Sequence record: MF360958.1
DNA length: 64,000 nucleotides
Direction: 5' to 3' (one strand)
A program made the translations under genes and the position numbers. Shown in pieces: positions 54,793 through 64,000 of this stretch; the stretch's first letter is position 1, and each line of letters begins with the position of its first letter. The notes beneath the pieces are model-generated. The model was not told where the DNA came from. It searched no databases and saw nothing but the letters and a program-made list of their open reading frames with translations.

Positions 54793-56193
54793 TTACAATT
54801 CTTTAAATACATACCAACCTTTTCGACCGGGAAATTTTCTTTTTCCGATATCATAAACTTGTGCAATTTTTTTAATCAATGAAATGGTTATTCGAGGCGG
54901 CAATTTTCTAAATAAAAATGTATCAAAATTAAAGTCATTTTCTTCCATTGTCTCAATAACATTAAGTTTATTTGGCTCTGGTCTTTTAATAAATTGCTCA
55001 ATCAAATCATTAATAAATAATTTATCATAATTAGAAAAATATCTAAGAACTGGCATAATTATACCTTTAGAACGTGCATATTCACGCATTCTTGGATAAT
55101 ATTTATCCACAGTTTCAATAATTTCTTCTCTTTGTTCATCAACAATTTTTAATTGTTTTCGAATTCCGGTCATGAACATATCGCGATTTTGGGGTTCCCA
55201 ATCAGAAACAGAAACTTGCATTGATGCATAATGCTTTGCAACATCTTTGGCAACATCATCGAATGTATCTTCTACATCAGAGCTATGTATTAATGTACCA
55301 AAAGGAGTTTTCATTTCCACAACATGGTACACTTTGTCTGTATTATCTTCATCTTTTTGACTAAATGCTTCGGTAATTTCAATTTGTATACCTTCTACTG
55401 TCCAATAAAAAAATTTTAAAAACATCACATAAGGTTCATCTTTATTAAGTTTCGTTCCAATAGCATGTGATATTTTTATAGCTAATTTTTGAATTTCATA
55501 TTTGTCGCGATAATAAGGAAGTTTATTATTATTATTAGTATTTTCACTACTATATTCTTCAATATCATATTTGTCATATTCACGAAATCCATTATTTTGA
55601 ACAATTATACCAATACTTGGATATGATTTACTTAAAATTGCATGAGAAGGTTTTTTCGATAAATCACATACTGCTGAATATCCCATATTCATAATACGTT
55701 CTGTTACATATGAAGAAGCTATATTACCATCTTCTATTTGGCCCTTATTAACTTTTGACCAAAGAAGTTTATAAAAAATAAATGCATAGAATTGGGATGT
55801 GGATAATTTAAATGATTGTTGTTTAATGTTCATATATTCTTCTATGGTCTCATCATTTATATTTAACTGTTGTGCAAGTTGTCTAATATGATTATATCGA
55901 ATATTAGACATATTAATAATCTTTCCAGAAATCTTAACAACAAAAAGATACCGATTATTAGAATACTCACTAAATTCTCCCGGATTATTAATAATATATG
56001 ACAATGGAAACACTACCATACCACTAGGTAAATTTGAAAAATCATTATTATCTTTATATTTTAAATGGGTATCATTTGAAAAATAAACAAATAGCGAATT
56101 ATCATAAATATCACTATAATCAAGTAAAAATTGATGAAAATTTTCACTGTAAATATCTTTAATATTTGATTCTATAAGATTTGTTAAACGCAT
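54793..56193 (-). CDS. putative internal virion protein
   Basis: Start moved to MRLTNLIES; LPSGMVVFPLSY motif; TATAAATA at 56216-56223. Confidence 0.65.
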   Translation of the reverse strand: MRLTNLIESNIKDIYSENFHQFLLDYSDIYDNSLFVYFSNDTHLKYKDNNDFSNLPSGMVVFPLSYIINNPGEFSEYSNNRYLFVVKISGKIINMSNIRYNHIRQLAQQLNINDETIEEYMNIKQQSFKLSTSQFYAFIFYKLLWSKVNKGQIEDGNIASSYVTERIMNMGYSAVCDLSKKPSHAILSKSYPSIGIIVQNNGFREYDKYDIEEYSSENTNNNNKLPYYRDKYEIQKLAIKISHAIGTKLNKDEPYVMFLKFFYWTVEGIQIEITEAFSQKDEDNTDKVYHVVEMKTPFGTLIHSSDVEDTFDDVAKDVAKHYASMQVSVSDWEPQNRDMFMTGIRKQLKIVDEQREEIIETVDKYYPRMREYARSKGIIMPVLRYFSNYDKLFINDLIEQFIKRPEPNKLNVIETMEENDFNFDTFLFRKLPPRITISLIKKIAQVYDIGKRKFPGRKGWYVFKEL

Positions 56194-56251
56194 AATATAA
56201 TCTATCCTTTTATTATATTTATAAAATTCACTGATAAAGGTTACTATCATA

Positions 56252-56911
56252 ATGTCAATCGAAAATCCTCCTGAAGAAAAAATTATAACAAACTGTTCAA
56301 AATATTTAAAATTACTAGAATACATGCATTCTCAAGGTATTAAAAAACCATTGCTTCGAGGTGATTCAAATGCTTATACAGAATTAACAAAGCGAAATGT
56401 AGACACACGTAAACCTAGCTTAACCCCAGAAAATATTTTCAATATAACAGACAAATGGTTTGAAGATAATTTTGGAGTTAGAGCTAGAAGTCAATCTATT
56501 TTCGCAACAACTTCAACACAACAAGCTAGTGAATATGGTCATATACATTATATATTTCCAATAAAAAAATTTAATATAATACATTCTAATAAAATAGATG
56601 ATTTGTATGCACATTTAGGAGAAAGGGCTATATCAGAAAAAATTAATTCATTATATGGAAATATTAACGTTCCAAAAAAATATAAAAATATCGCACAATA
56701 TTATGAAGAAAATTATCCAAAATATTTTGAAAATGCTATCCGAGCAATGCTCGATACTTTTGAATATAAAAAGAATGATTATGCCAATGCTTTCAATTCA
56801 GGGAATGAAATAATGATAATAACAAAAACATTCTATATTGTTGAAAAACAACAATGGGTCAACGAATTTTTTGAAGAATTTATTTATGGTCGAGATATAT
56901 ACGGAGTATAA
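56252..56911 (+). CDS. ART-fold-like paralog family member
   Basis: LLRG...RKP...FGVRARSQSIFATT..QASEYG..YIFP......DDLY. Confidence 0.6.
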   Translation: MSIENPPEEKIITNCSKYLKLLEYMHSQGIKKPLLRGDSNAYTELTKRNVDTRKPSLTPENIFNITDKWFEDNFGVRARSQSIFATTSTQQASEYGHIHYIFPIKKFNIIHSNKIDDLYAHLGERAISEKINSLYGNINVPKKYKNIAQYYEENYPKYFENAIRAMLDTFEYKKNDYANAFNSGNEIMIITKTFYIVEKQQWVNEFFEEFIYGRDIYGV

Positions 56912-56979
56912 TAAACTTAATGTTTATAAATGTATTCGTAAAGTTTAAATAATTGTAGAGACAATACAATGGGAAATAT

Positions 56980-57552
56980 ATGTCACTGGATAATGAAGAC
57001 CGTAAATTACTAGAAGAATTAATAGAGTCTAGAAACAATACTCATAAAAAGGATAAAAGTTTAAAAAGCCTTTTTGATAATAAACAAAATCCCGGATTTT
57101 TATCTTTAAAGGGATTATTTTCTGTAATTATAAGTGTAATAGGAGGTATTGTATTAGCAACCACATGGTGGTTAAATATTAATAATAATATAAACTCTTT
57201 TAATGAAAGGATCGATGCACAAAAGAATGAAGTGCAAACAATAAGAAAAGATTTAAATAGTCTCATTAAAGAACATAATAAAGAAATAAATGAACTAAAA
57301 GATAAAATTGTTAACATCGAGCATAAATTAAAAGAATTTAAAAATACTGTTAAGAATGATAAACATTTTTTTAATATAATAAATGAACGCGTTATTAATA
57401 GTATTAAAAAAGATATTGATAAATTAAAAAAAGATATAGAAAATATAACACAAAATACAATAGAATCGGAGTTGACTCGAAAAGAAATAAGTTATCGAAT
57501 CGAAAAATTAGACAAGCGAATTAATAAACTAGAAAATTTTAAAAAAGAATAA
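56980..57552 (+). CDS. single-TM coiled-coil protein
   Basis: Hydrophobic LFSVIISVIGGIVLATTWWL followed by heptads. Confidence 0.65.
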   Translation: MSLDNEDRKLLEELIESRNNTHKKDKSLKSLFDNKQNPGFLSLKGLFSVIISVIGGIVLATTWWLNINNNINSFNERIDAQKNEVQTIRKDLNSLIKEHNKEINELKDKIVNIEHKLKEFKNTVKNDKHFFNIINERVINSIKKDIDKLKKDIENITQNTIESELTRKEISYRIEKLDKRINKLENFKKE

Positions 57553-57585
57553 ATAATTATAACAATTAATAATGGAGAAAATATT

Positions 57586-58233
57586 ATGTCAAGTGTATAT
57601 GATAAATATGGAGTCCCTACAGCGGATGGTGCGCTAGAGGCTCCAATTCAACCAAAACTTTCTTATCGCTTTAAAGTTGCTTTTGTAGGGTTCGGCGGTC
57701 TTACAGATACTTTTGGTCTTACAAAAAATGTTGTAAGTGCAGCTATTCCAAATTTTGAACAAGAACCACAAGAGATTGATTCATATGTATCACGTTACTA
57801 TGTATTTGGAAAACATACTTTTGGTACATTTAATGTTACATTACGTAATGATGCGAACAACACAGTAGCTAATATTGTTCAAGCACAGCTTGACTCACAA
57901 CACAACGCATTTGAACAATCAAATGCTCCAAACGCAGGTGCCGTTAAATTTAACACTAAAATTTTAATGCTTGACGGTTCCAATGGAGAAGATGTTCAAA
58001 TTCTTGAAGGATGGCACATGACCGGTTGCTGGCTATCAAGTGTTGAATGGGGAGAATTAAACTATAGTGAAGGTTCGCCTGTACAAATTAGTTTAACTAT
58101 TCGTCCAGATAATTCATTCCATATTGTGGATCAAGAACTAATGGGTGATGAAGAATCTGTATCCTTTACAAATTCTACAGCAGCAACAGAAGGAACTGAA
58201 ATATCTTCAACTGGTAATACATCAGCGGTATAA
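57586..58233 (+). CDS. tail tube protein (T4 gp19-like)
   Basis: QPKLSYRFKVAF, GKHTFGTF.VTLR.D, LEGW..GCW...WGELNYSEG.PVQISLTIRPDN. Confidence 0.8.
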   Translation: MSSVYDKYGVPTADGALEAPIQPKLSYRFKVAFVGFGGLTDTFGLTKNVVSAAIPNFEQEPQEIDSYVSRYYVFGKHTFGTFNVTLRNDANNTVANIVQAQLDSQHNAFEQSNAPNAGAVKFNTKILMLDGSNGEDVQILEGWHMTGCWLSSVEWGELNYSEGSPVQISLTIRPDNSFHIVDQELMGDEESVSFTNSTAATEGTEISSTGNTSAV

Positions 58234-58251
58234 CTAATTTAGGAGTTATTT

Positions 58252-59034
58252 ATGGCGCTATATTCTAAGTTTGGTGTCCCAGTTGATTATAATACTGGTC
58301 GTGATGTTGCACTACAACCCAAACAAAAATTCAAATTTAGGGTTCGTTTTATAAACTTTGGGGGGCTGGAATCAGCCTCCTATGGTTTTGATGCGTCCCA
58401 ACAACTTATTCGTGTACAACGACCTACCGTAAACTTTGAATCTACTAATATAGGAACATATTCTGGTAACATTAAAGTATTCAATAAACCTACCTTTGAT
58501 CCTATTAATATCACATTTCGTGATGATGTTGCTAACACTTTAGGAAAGGCAGCATGGTCACAAATGCAGAAACAATTTGACTTTAATAATGGTCGTTATG
58601 CAATATCTGCCGGTGCTGCAAAATTCACAACAATTATTGAAACATTAGACGGCCAAAACGAAATACGAGCTATAGATTCGTTTGTTTTAGAAAATTGTTT
58701 TATCGCAACTATGGATTATGACGAATTGGATTATTCTTCAGGTGAAATGTCTACTGTGAGTATAGGTGTTGAATACGATTATATTGGTTCTTATAAAAGC
58801 GAGTCTGATGGTATTAATGATCCTGATTATCTATTATGGTATGTTACATCCAATGCTACTAGTTCTTCAACTGCTATGGATGTTTCCAGTGGAAATAGCA
58901 GTGAATTATTTGAAAATCCTGAATCACAATCACAATCACAATCACAATCACAAGGAATTTTTAATGATTTATCTAATAACCCTGCCTTCCCTGATACAAA
59001 CAATCCACCTGATATAACTAATTTTGGGATATAA
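58252..59034 (+). CDS. tail tube-like paralog
   Basis: QPKQKFKFRVRF, NKPTFDPINITFRDD, LENCFI...YDELDYS. Confidence 0.75.
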   Translation: MALYSKFGVPVDYNTGRDVALQPKQKFKFRVRFINFGGLESASYGFDASQQLIRVQRPTVNFESTNIGTYSGNIKVFNKPTFDPINITFRDDVANTLGKAAWSQMQKQFDFNNGRYAISAGAAKFTTIIETLDGQNEIRAIDSFVLENCFIATMDYDELDYSSGEMSTVSIGVEYDYIGSYKSESDGINDPDYLLWYVTSNATSSSTAMDVSSGNSSELFENPESQSQSQSQSQGIFNDLSNNPAFPDTNNPPDITNFGI

Positions 59035-59088
59035 TTATATCCCAATTAGTTCTGAAATCATAAATAATTATAAATAAAAGGTTAATTT

Positions 59089-59868
59089 ATGAGCTACAGT
59101 AAGATTAATAAATATGGTGTTCCTATTTCACAAGAACGAGATATAAGACAGGGCTTACAACAACCTAAATTTTCTAATCGTTTTAGAGCACGTTTTCAAA
59201 ATTTAGGTCAAGTAATTATGAATACTGATGATGATACATCATCTAATGAATTGTCTAATGATATTTTAACAGGTTCAGTAGAATCATTTACTAAACCTAC
59301 ATTTACTTTTGAAAAACAAACATCTAAAGGATTTATTTCAACTGCTAATTATTCTGGTCGTCCAAGTTTTGATGATTTTACAATTGTTATACGTGATGAA
59401 ATCACAAATACCGTTATCGGGAAAATTTATAATCAATTAAAAATGCAAACTTATAAATACCAACCTGTCACATCTCCCGATGGAGAAAATTTAATTAAAT
59501 CAAAATTCCTAGGCATATCAACAAAATTTGATGTTCATATTGATATTATGGATGGACATACTAATCATACTGCTATAGAAATATGGTCATTTTATGGTTG
59601 TCAAATAACATCATTAAGCAATACTGAAAACAGTTATGAAGATTCTCAAAGCATTACAAAATTAAATTTAACTTGTTCATTTGACTATGTTGATGTTCAT
59701 CAACCATCACGTAAACAATTTGCTTCAAGCTATGAGTATGAAGAAGATAAAACTAATGCACAATTTAATTCTACAAGTAACTCAGAAAATAATGAAAATA
59801 ATGAAGAAAATAATTCCAATACAATTAATAAGTATGCTAATGAATTGTTTGATGGGAATATTTTTTAA
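59089..59868 (+). CDS. tail tube-like paralog
   Basis: QPKFSNRFRARF, GRPSFDDFTIVIRDE, WSFYGCQI...FD; TATAAATA at 59069. Confidence 0.75.
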   Translation: MSYSKINKYGVPISQERDIRQGLQQPKFSNRFRARFQNLGQVIMNTDDDTSSNELSNDILTGSVESFTKPTFTFEKQTSKGFISTANYSGRPSFDDFTIVIRDEITNTVIGKIYNQLKMQTYKYQPVTSPDGENLIKSKFLGISTKFDVHIDIMDGHTNHTAIEIWSFYGCQITSLSNTENSYEDSQSITKLNLTCSFDYVDVHQPSRKQFASSYEYEEDKTNAQFNSTSNSENNENNEENNSNTINKYANELFDGNIF

Positions 59869-59883
59869 AGGAGAATATAATTT

Positions 59884-61110
59884 ATGAGTTTCTTACCCGG
59901 TTCCTTAGATAATGATCAAATAGCACAAACAGGCGGAAATCTTTTTAGTGGGATTCCTAAAGCCAGTGAAGATTTAGCTTTTTCACGAGCAGATGGACCT
60001 ATTGAAGAAGCTCTTGCTTCTGTTGGATCATTTGGTGTTAACCAAATTATTGATTCAATGTTTCAGAATGAAGGTAAAAATGTAATACCTCCACAATATT
60101 CAGGAGAAACTGATATTGAAATAAAAGAAAAAGACTTTTGGGATACATATAGTTTTGCAAATAGCAAATTTTTTAACGAAACATTACTAGATAATAATGT
60201 TCGTTATCATAAAAATCATCCAATGACAAAAAGTTTATTCTTGATAGATTTTGAATTTAATCAAGCTATTGCAAACGATCCGCGTTTACAAAATACATAT
60301 CCTAAATCAATGGCATTTAATTTAAAAAATATGACAATGCCTAAAGCAACAATCAGTACGCAAAAAATTCCTTCTTATAATATAGACAAAATTATTACAC
60401 AAAAAATTGATTATGAACCTATAAGCTGTAGCTTTGGCGATATATACACTGCATACAAACCTGATAATAGCTTAGTTTCAATGCTTGACTTTTTTCAGCA
60501 ATACATGAGCTATTACTTTAATGATTTTGTTGCTGATGATCAAAATTTACATTATGGTTATGCAAGTGGAAGAGAATTCAAACAATTTATTGATAACATT
60601 TCCATCTATTTCTTTTGGGCTGATGGTTGCCGAAAGATACGTTTACGTAATCCTATGATCACAAGCATTGCTTATGAAGATCTTGATTATGAAAATGATG
60701 AACAAATGAAACTTAATATGGATATATCTTATGAATATATTGATATGCATAATCTTAATATAAGTTTTGATGAATTTATAAATTCAGCAGGAAGTCTTCT
60801 TAACGAAGTTAAAAATAATGTTAAGTCATCAAATTTAGACAACCCTTATTTCAACGATGAACGCCTTGAAAGTGGAGTAAGTTTTGAAGATGATCAGCGT
60901 AGTCAAAACCTAGATAATCCTGCTGCACAATCATTAATAAGATTAGCAGAGATAGGAGAATTAGATATTACCGAAGATCTGATTAATTCTGAAAATCCTT
61001 TATTACAAACAGTAGGAACAAACGTTCAAAATGAAGGAACAAATATTATTTCAGGCGCAACCGAAACAGGGTTTTCAGAAATAGGTGATGCAACAAACGG
61101 GTTATTATAA
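59884..61110 (+). CDS. baseplate/tail-tube initiator-like protein (gp48/gp54-like)
   Basis: MPKATISTQ..YN...QKIDYEPI...F.D, NPMITSI..EDLDY; adjacent to the tube genes. Confidence 0.6.
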   Translation: MSFLPGSLDNDQIAQTGGNLFSGIPKASEDLAFSRADGPIEEALASVGSFGVNQIIDSMFQNEGKNVIPPQYSGETDIEIKEKDFWDTYSFANSKFFNETLLDNNVRYHKNHPMTKSLFLIDFEFNQAIANDPRLQNTYPKSMAFNLKNMTMPKATISTQKIPSYNIDKIITQKIDYEPISCSFGDIYTAYKPDNSLVSMLDFFQQYMSYYFNDFVADDQNLHYGYASGREFKQFIDNISIYFFWADGCRKIRLRNPMITSIAYEDLDYENDEQMKLNMDISYEYIDMHNLNISFDEFINSAGSLLNEVKNNVKSSNLDNPYFNDERLESGVSFEDDQRSQNLDNPAAQSLIRLAEIGELDITEDLINSENPLLQTVGTNVQNEGTNIISGATETGFSEIGDATNGLL

Positions 61111-61111
61111 T

Positions 61112-61393
61112 ATGAAACAAAATGAACAATATTTTGACCAAATTAAAACAAAACTTATTAATCTAGGATATGATTCTACTGATATTGATGAAAAAGTTAC
61201 CGCAATAATTCAGTATGCTAATCGTAATGATTTAAATGCTATTAAAATCATGGAATCAGGATTTGATTTTGAAAATCTTGATTCAACTATCGTAGGGTTA
61301 CTTAATTATTATAGAGAACCGACATCTTATATTACTAAACGGATTAAAGAGGTGCCTACTTCAAAATTTGTAAGGAGAAATATAATTGAGTAA
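61112..61393 (+). CDS. hypothetical structural-module protein
   Basis: Start moved to ATG 61112; coupled to both neighbours. Confidence 0.6.
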   Translation: MKQNEQYFDQIKTKLINLGYDSTDIDEKVTAIIQYANRNDLNAIKIMESGFDFENLDSTIVGLLNYYREPTSYITKRIKEVPTSKFVRRNIIE

Positions 61394-61856
61394 GGTTCAC
61401 TGGAAATCCGGTCGTTATATTCCAAATAATAAAGAAAAGTACATAGGTCGTGAATTTCCTACTTATAGGAGTTCTTGGGAACATAAGTTTTGTCAATTTT
61501 GTGATGAACATCCTAATATAGCGTTTTGGGCATGTGAAGCTATTGCTATTCCTTATAAACATCCATTTACAAAACAAACTAAAAATTATGTACCAGATTT
61601 TTTTGTAATATACCGAGATAACAAAGGTCGTAAGAAATCGGAACTTGTGGAAATAAAGCCTCTTCAAGAATCTATACCTCGTTTAGCTAAAGGTAAAAAA
61701 CAAAAAGAGGCTGTTATTATTAATCAAGCCAAATGGGAAGCTGCACGTGTTTACTGTAAGAAGAATAATATTAATTTTCGAATTATATCAGAAAATCACA
61801 TTTTTAGTAAAACAAAACACAGTAAGAATGTTAAAAATCGTAAAAAGAAACGCTAA
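61386..61856 (+). CDS. head completion nuclease (T4 gp4 / TnsA-like)
   Basis: G.Y.P.N..KY.G, YRSSWE..F...CD, Y.PDF, VEIKP, NQAKW.AA. Confidence 0.9.
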   Translation: MSKVHWKSGRYIPNNKEKYIGREFPTYRSSWEHKFCQFCDEHPNIAFWACEAIAIPYKHPFTKQTKNYVPDFFVIYRDNKGRKKSELVEIKPLQESIPRLAKGKKQKEAVIINQAKWEAARVYCKKNNINFRIISENHIFSKTKHSKNVKNRKKKR

Positions 61857-61860
61857 TACG

Positions 61861-62715
61861 CTATTCGATATTTAATTGTTTTTTGACTTCATTAGCACTT
61901 GTACTCTTAAATGTTCCCAAATTTGTGTTTATTTTAATAATAGGATATAAATCTTCATCATAATTTTGACTTGCAAAATAATCAGTAATATCGAAATTAA
62001 TTACCTCACATATCTTCGTGTACTTACTAATATGAAAACTGTTTTTTGCAGTTGTAATTACATTACAAGCAAAATAGATAGTCATAAATTCCATCATTCC
62101 ATATTTGTAAAATACACTCATAATTAGTGCAATATATATATAGTAGAATAATTTATAACTTTTTGTTCTATATTTTAAGAGTTCGGGATAGCCCCGTACA
62201 ATATAGTTAAGGGCTTGTGTTTTTTGAATATTGTTTAATTCACCATCGTACTTTTCTGTTTTACCACCTAAAATATATTTTCCAATATCACCATCACAGT
62301 TGTTATATAATTCGTTTTGAAATTTACTTAATTTTAACCATTTTTCCATAATCAAATATGGCACTAACAAACTTATTAACGTTCCAACAACTACCATAGT
62401 CATAAAAATTTGTGGATAGTAAACAACCATAACCAGTCCAATAATAACACTTATAATATCAATATTGCCTATTGTAGAAGCAATATCAAACATTCCTAAA
62501 GTTTTTCTGGCATTCTTAGACGTATTTTTAAAACCATTTCCTTCAAAGAACCATTTGTTTGCGGCATATGGATAGTATACTATGTACTTAGCTTCATTAC
62601 TTACTGCTGAATCTTTTCTTACTACATTTCTGGAAAATTTGCTTAAAAAAGAACTATACTTCATCCGTTCTTTTAAATTACCATTCTTCAATTGTTCGTT
62701 ATCAATATCTGACAT
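61861..62715 (-). CDS. multi-TM membrane protein
   Basis: Several hydrophobic helices. Confidence 0.6.
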   Translation of the reverse strand: MSDIDNEQLKNGNLKERMKYSSFLSKFSRNVVRKDSAVSNEAKYIVYYPYAANKWFFEGNGFKNTSKNARKTLGMFDIASTIGNIDIISVIIGLVMVVYYPQIFMTMVVVGTLISLLVPYLIMEKWLKLSKFQNELYNNCDGDIGKYILGGKTEKYDGELNNIQKTQALNYIVRGYPELLKYRTKSYKLFYYIYIALIMSVFYKYGMMEFMTIYFACNVITTAKNSFHISKYTKICEVINFDITDYFASQNYDEDLYPIIKINTNLGTFKSTSANEVKKQLNIE

Positions 62716-62726
62716 AATTACTACCT

Positions 62727-63524
62727 TTAAAAAATTTCATTAGGATTTTCTTCGATTTCGTAGAAACGTGTTAAATCAATATATTCACTACGAGATTTTT
62801 CATACCTATTAATATGATTAGATATAAAATCATCATCTAATTCTTTTAAATGTCTATCACTCATAAATCGATATAGTTCACCTTTATCCAGTTTTTGATT
62901 AACTTGTTTTCTCAAAATGTCCTGACGAATTTTGAGATCTTCAATCATATCCTTTATAGATTTTTTATCATACATATCATCTTTTATATCCAACATTATC
63001 TGATAATGATTATCAGAAAAGTTGTTAGAATACTCTCCACCTTGAATAAGATGTTCTGCGGTTATAATGCCTCGGTAAGCATGTAAAAGCCGTTTGTTAT
63101 CTTTCTGTGAAAATTTAAGATCTCTTTTTGCAAGACCGATATAAGCTTTAATTGTACTGTAATTATAAAACTCTTTACGAATATTATAAAGATATTCAAT
63201 TGAACTTCCAATCATTTGTTCTGAATCATGAATAAGTTCAAAGAAGTATGTTTGCTCACCATTAAGAAGATTTCTAACAAAATTTCTGATGTTCACATAA
63301 TTACGGTCTTCATCAATGTCTTCAAGACTACGTTTATATTGATAATTAAATGAACATGTTAAAAAACTATTAAGCTCATTTTTAAAAATATTATACAATA
63401 CAAGATAATCTTTATCAGAATTCGCATTATCCAAACCAAACAAATATGAACCTATTTCAAATTGCTCAATTTTGTTATCTTCTAACTGATTAAAAATTTT
63501 TGTTGATTCTGTTTGTATATTCAT
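62727..63524 (-). CDS. Pol-beta-superfamily nucleotidyltransferase
   Basis: IGSYLFG..NANSDKDY, KAYIGLA, KRLLHAYR. Confidence 0.8.
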   Translation of the reverse strand: MNIQTESTKIFNQLEDNKIEQFEIGSYLFGLDNANSDKDYLVLYNIFKNELNSFLTCSFNYQYKRSLEDIDEDRNYVNIRNFVRNLLNGEQTYFFELIHDSEQMIGSSIEYLYNIRKEFYNYSTIKAYIGLAKRDLKFSQKDNKRLLHAYRGIITAEHLIQGGEYSNNFSDNHYQIMLDIKDDMYDKKSIKDMIEDLKIRQDILRKQVNQKLDKGELYRFMSDRHLKELDDDFISNHINRYEKSRSEYIDLTRFYEIEENPNEIF

Positions 63525-63563
63525 AATATATACTCATTTAAAAATCGATGTGAGCATTATTGC

Positions 63564-63983
63564 TCACATCATAAATTTGAGGTTGAGTTTCTTAATACTA
63601 GACTTCATCATTTTAGTATCATTTTTAGCATTATGATTCCATCCAAGATAAACTACTTGTTTAACCATGTTATTAACATCTGTCTGTTCTTGATTATAAT
63701 CAATCATATCATGAGCATCTGTGAAACCACCTTCACAATATGAACTCCAATCGCGACCTTCTTCACCAAGATATTGATTGATTGAAATAGAAAGACGTTG
63801 AACATGTTTTTTGCTATAAATATGAATTTCTTCTACTTCATCCCATTTACGTTTAAACTGGCACTTTTTTGAGAAAAGGAATCCCGTTGCACTCCCCTCA
63901 GCATTAAATCGAATAGAACGCTCATATTCATCATCTTCATCGTAATAATGTAGAATACTCGATTCAAGAACTTCATATTCCAT
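63564..63983 (-). CDS. hypothetical protein
   Basis: ORF track; plausible composition. Confidence 0.55.
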   Translation of the reverse strand: MEYEVLESSILHYYDEDDEYERSIRFNAEGSATGFLFSKKCQFKRKWDEVEEIHIYSKKHVQRLSISINQYLGEEGRDWSSYCEGGFTDAHDMIDYNQEQTDVNNMVKQVVYLGWNHNAKNDTKMMKSSIKKLNLKFMM

Positions 63984-64000
63984 ATCATAGTTTTCTTCAA

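Noticed and set aside
58924-58953. (TCACAA)5 microsatellite
   Set aside because: In-frame Ser-Gln low-complexity linker in a tube paralog tail; unit changes would not shift the frame.
636-63743. many short antisense or alternate-frame ORFs in the track (e.g. 636-863, 2038-2436, 2811-3170, 7207-7473, 10167-10379, 30082-30387, 36186-36392, 46622-46885)
   Set aside because: Shadows of real genes or of tRNA/ncRNA loci; no RBS or motifs, and compositions typical of AT-rich antisense frames.
1-64000. CRISPR array, reverse transcriptase or DGR template repeat, rRNA, integrase
   Set aside because: None seen; the only long periodic repeats are coding units in the tail proteins.

Overview
A 64-kb segment of an AT-rich jumbo or large T4-like myophage genome. 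It has host sigma70-type early promoters, T4-late-like TATAAATA boxes before virion genes, and many acidic proteins. The left ~29 kb is an accessory region with short hypothetical ORFs, several decayed or stop-interrupted genes, two free-standing homing endonucleases, tRNAs and an unusually rich set of structured ncRNAs. The middle carries nrdB (ATP-cone fused), nrdA (with intein), glutaredoxin, a C-type-lectin-fold protein, a Holliday junction resolvase and Hsp20. The right carries two large repeat-built tail/adhesin proteins (1038 and 3456 aa), three tail-tube paralogs, a baseplate-like protein and a head-completion nuclease. Top finding: a complete ribosome-dependent transcription attenuator (promoter, 28-codon leader peptide, mutually exclusive 1:2 / 2:3 / 3:4 stems) in front of the phage tRNA operon. 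13 of 14 consecutive leader codons (Gln, Tyr, Leu-CUN, Pro) are those read by the tRNAs encoded downstream, suggesting a tRNA-depletion sensor that switches on replacement tRNAs. Second theme: at least five RNAs keep a tRNA acceptor stem, T-arm and CCA but have remodelled D, anticodon or variable arms; four of them show internal loop-loop complementarity. All calls are by eye; no searches or folding programs were run.
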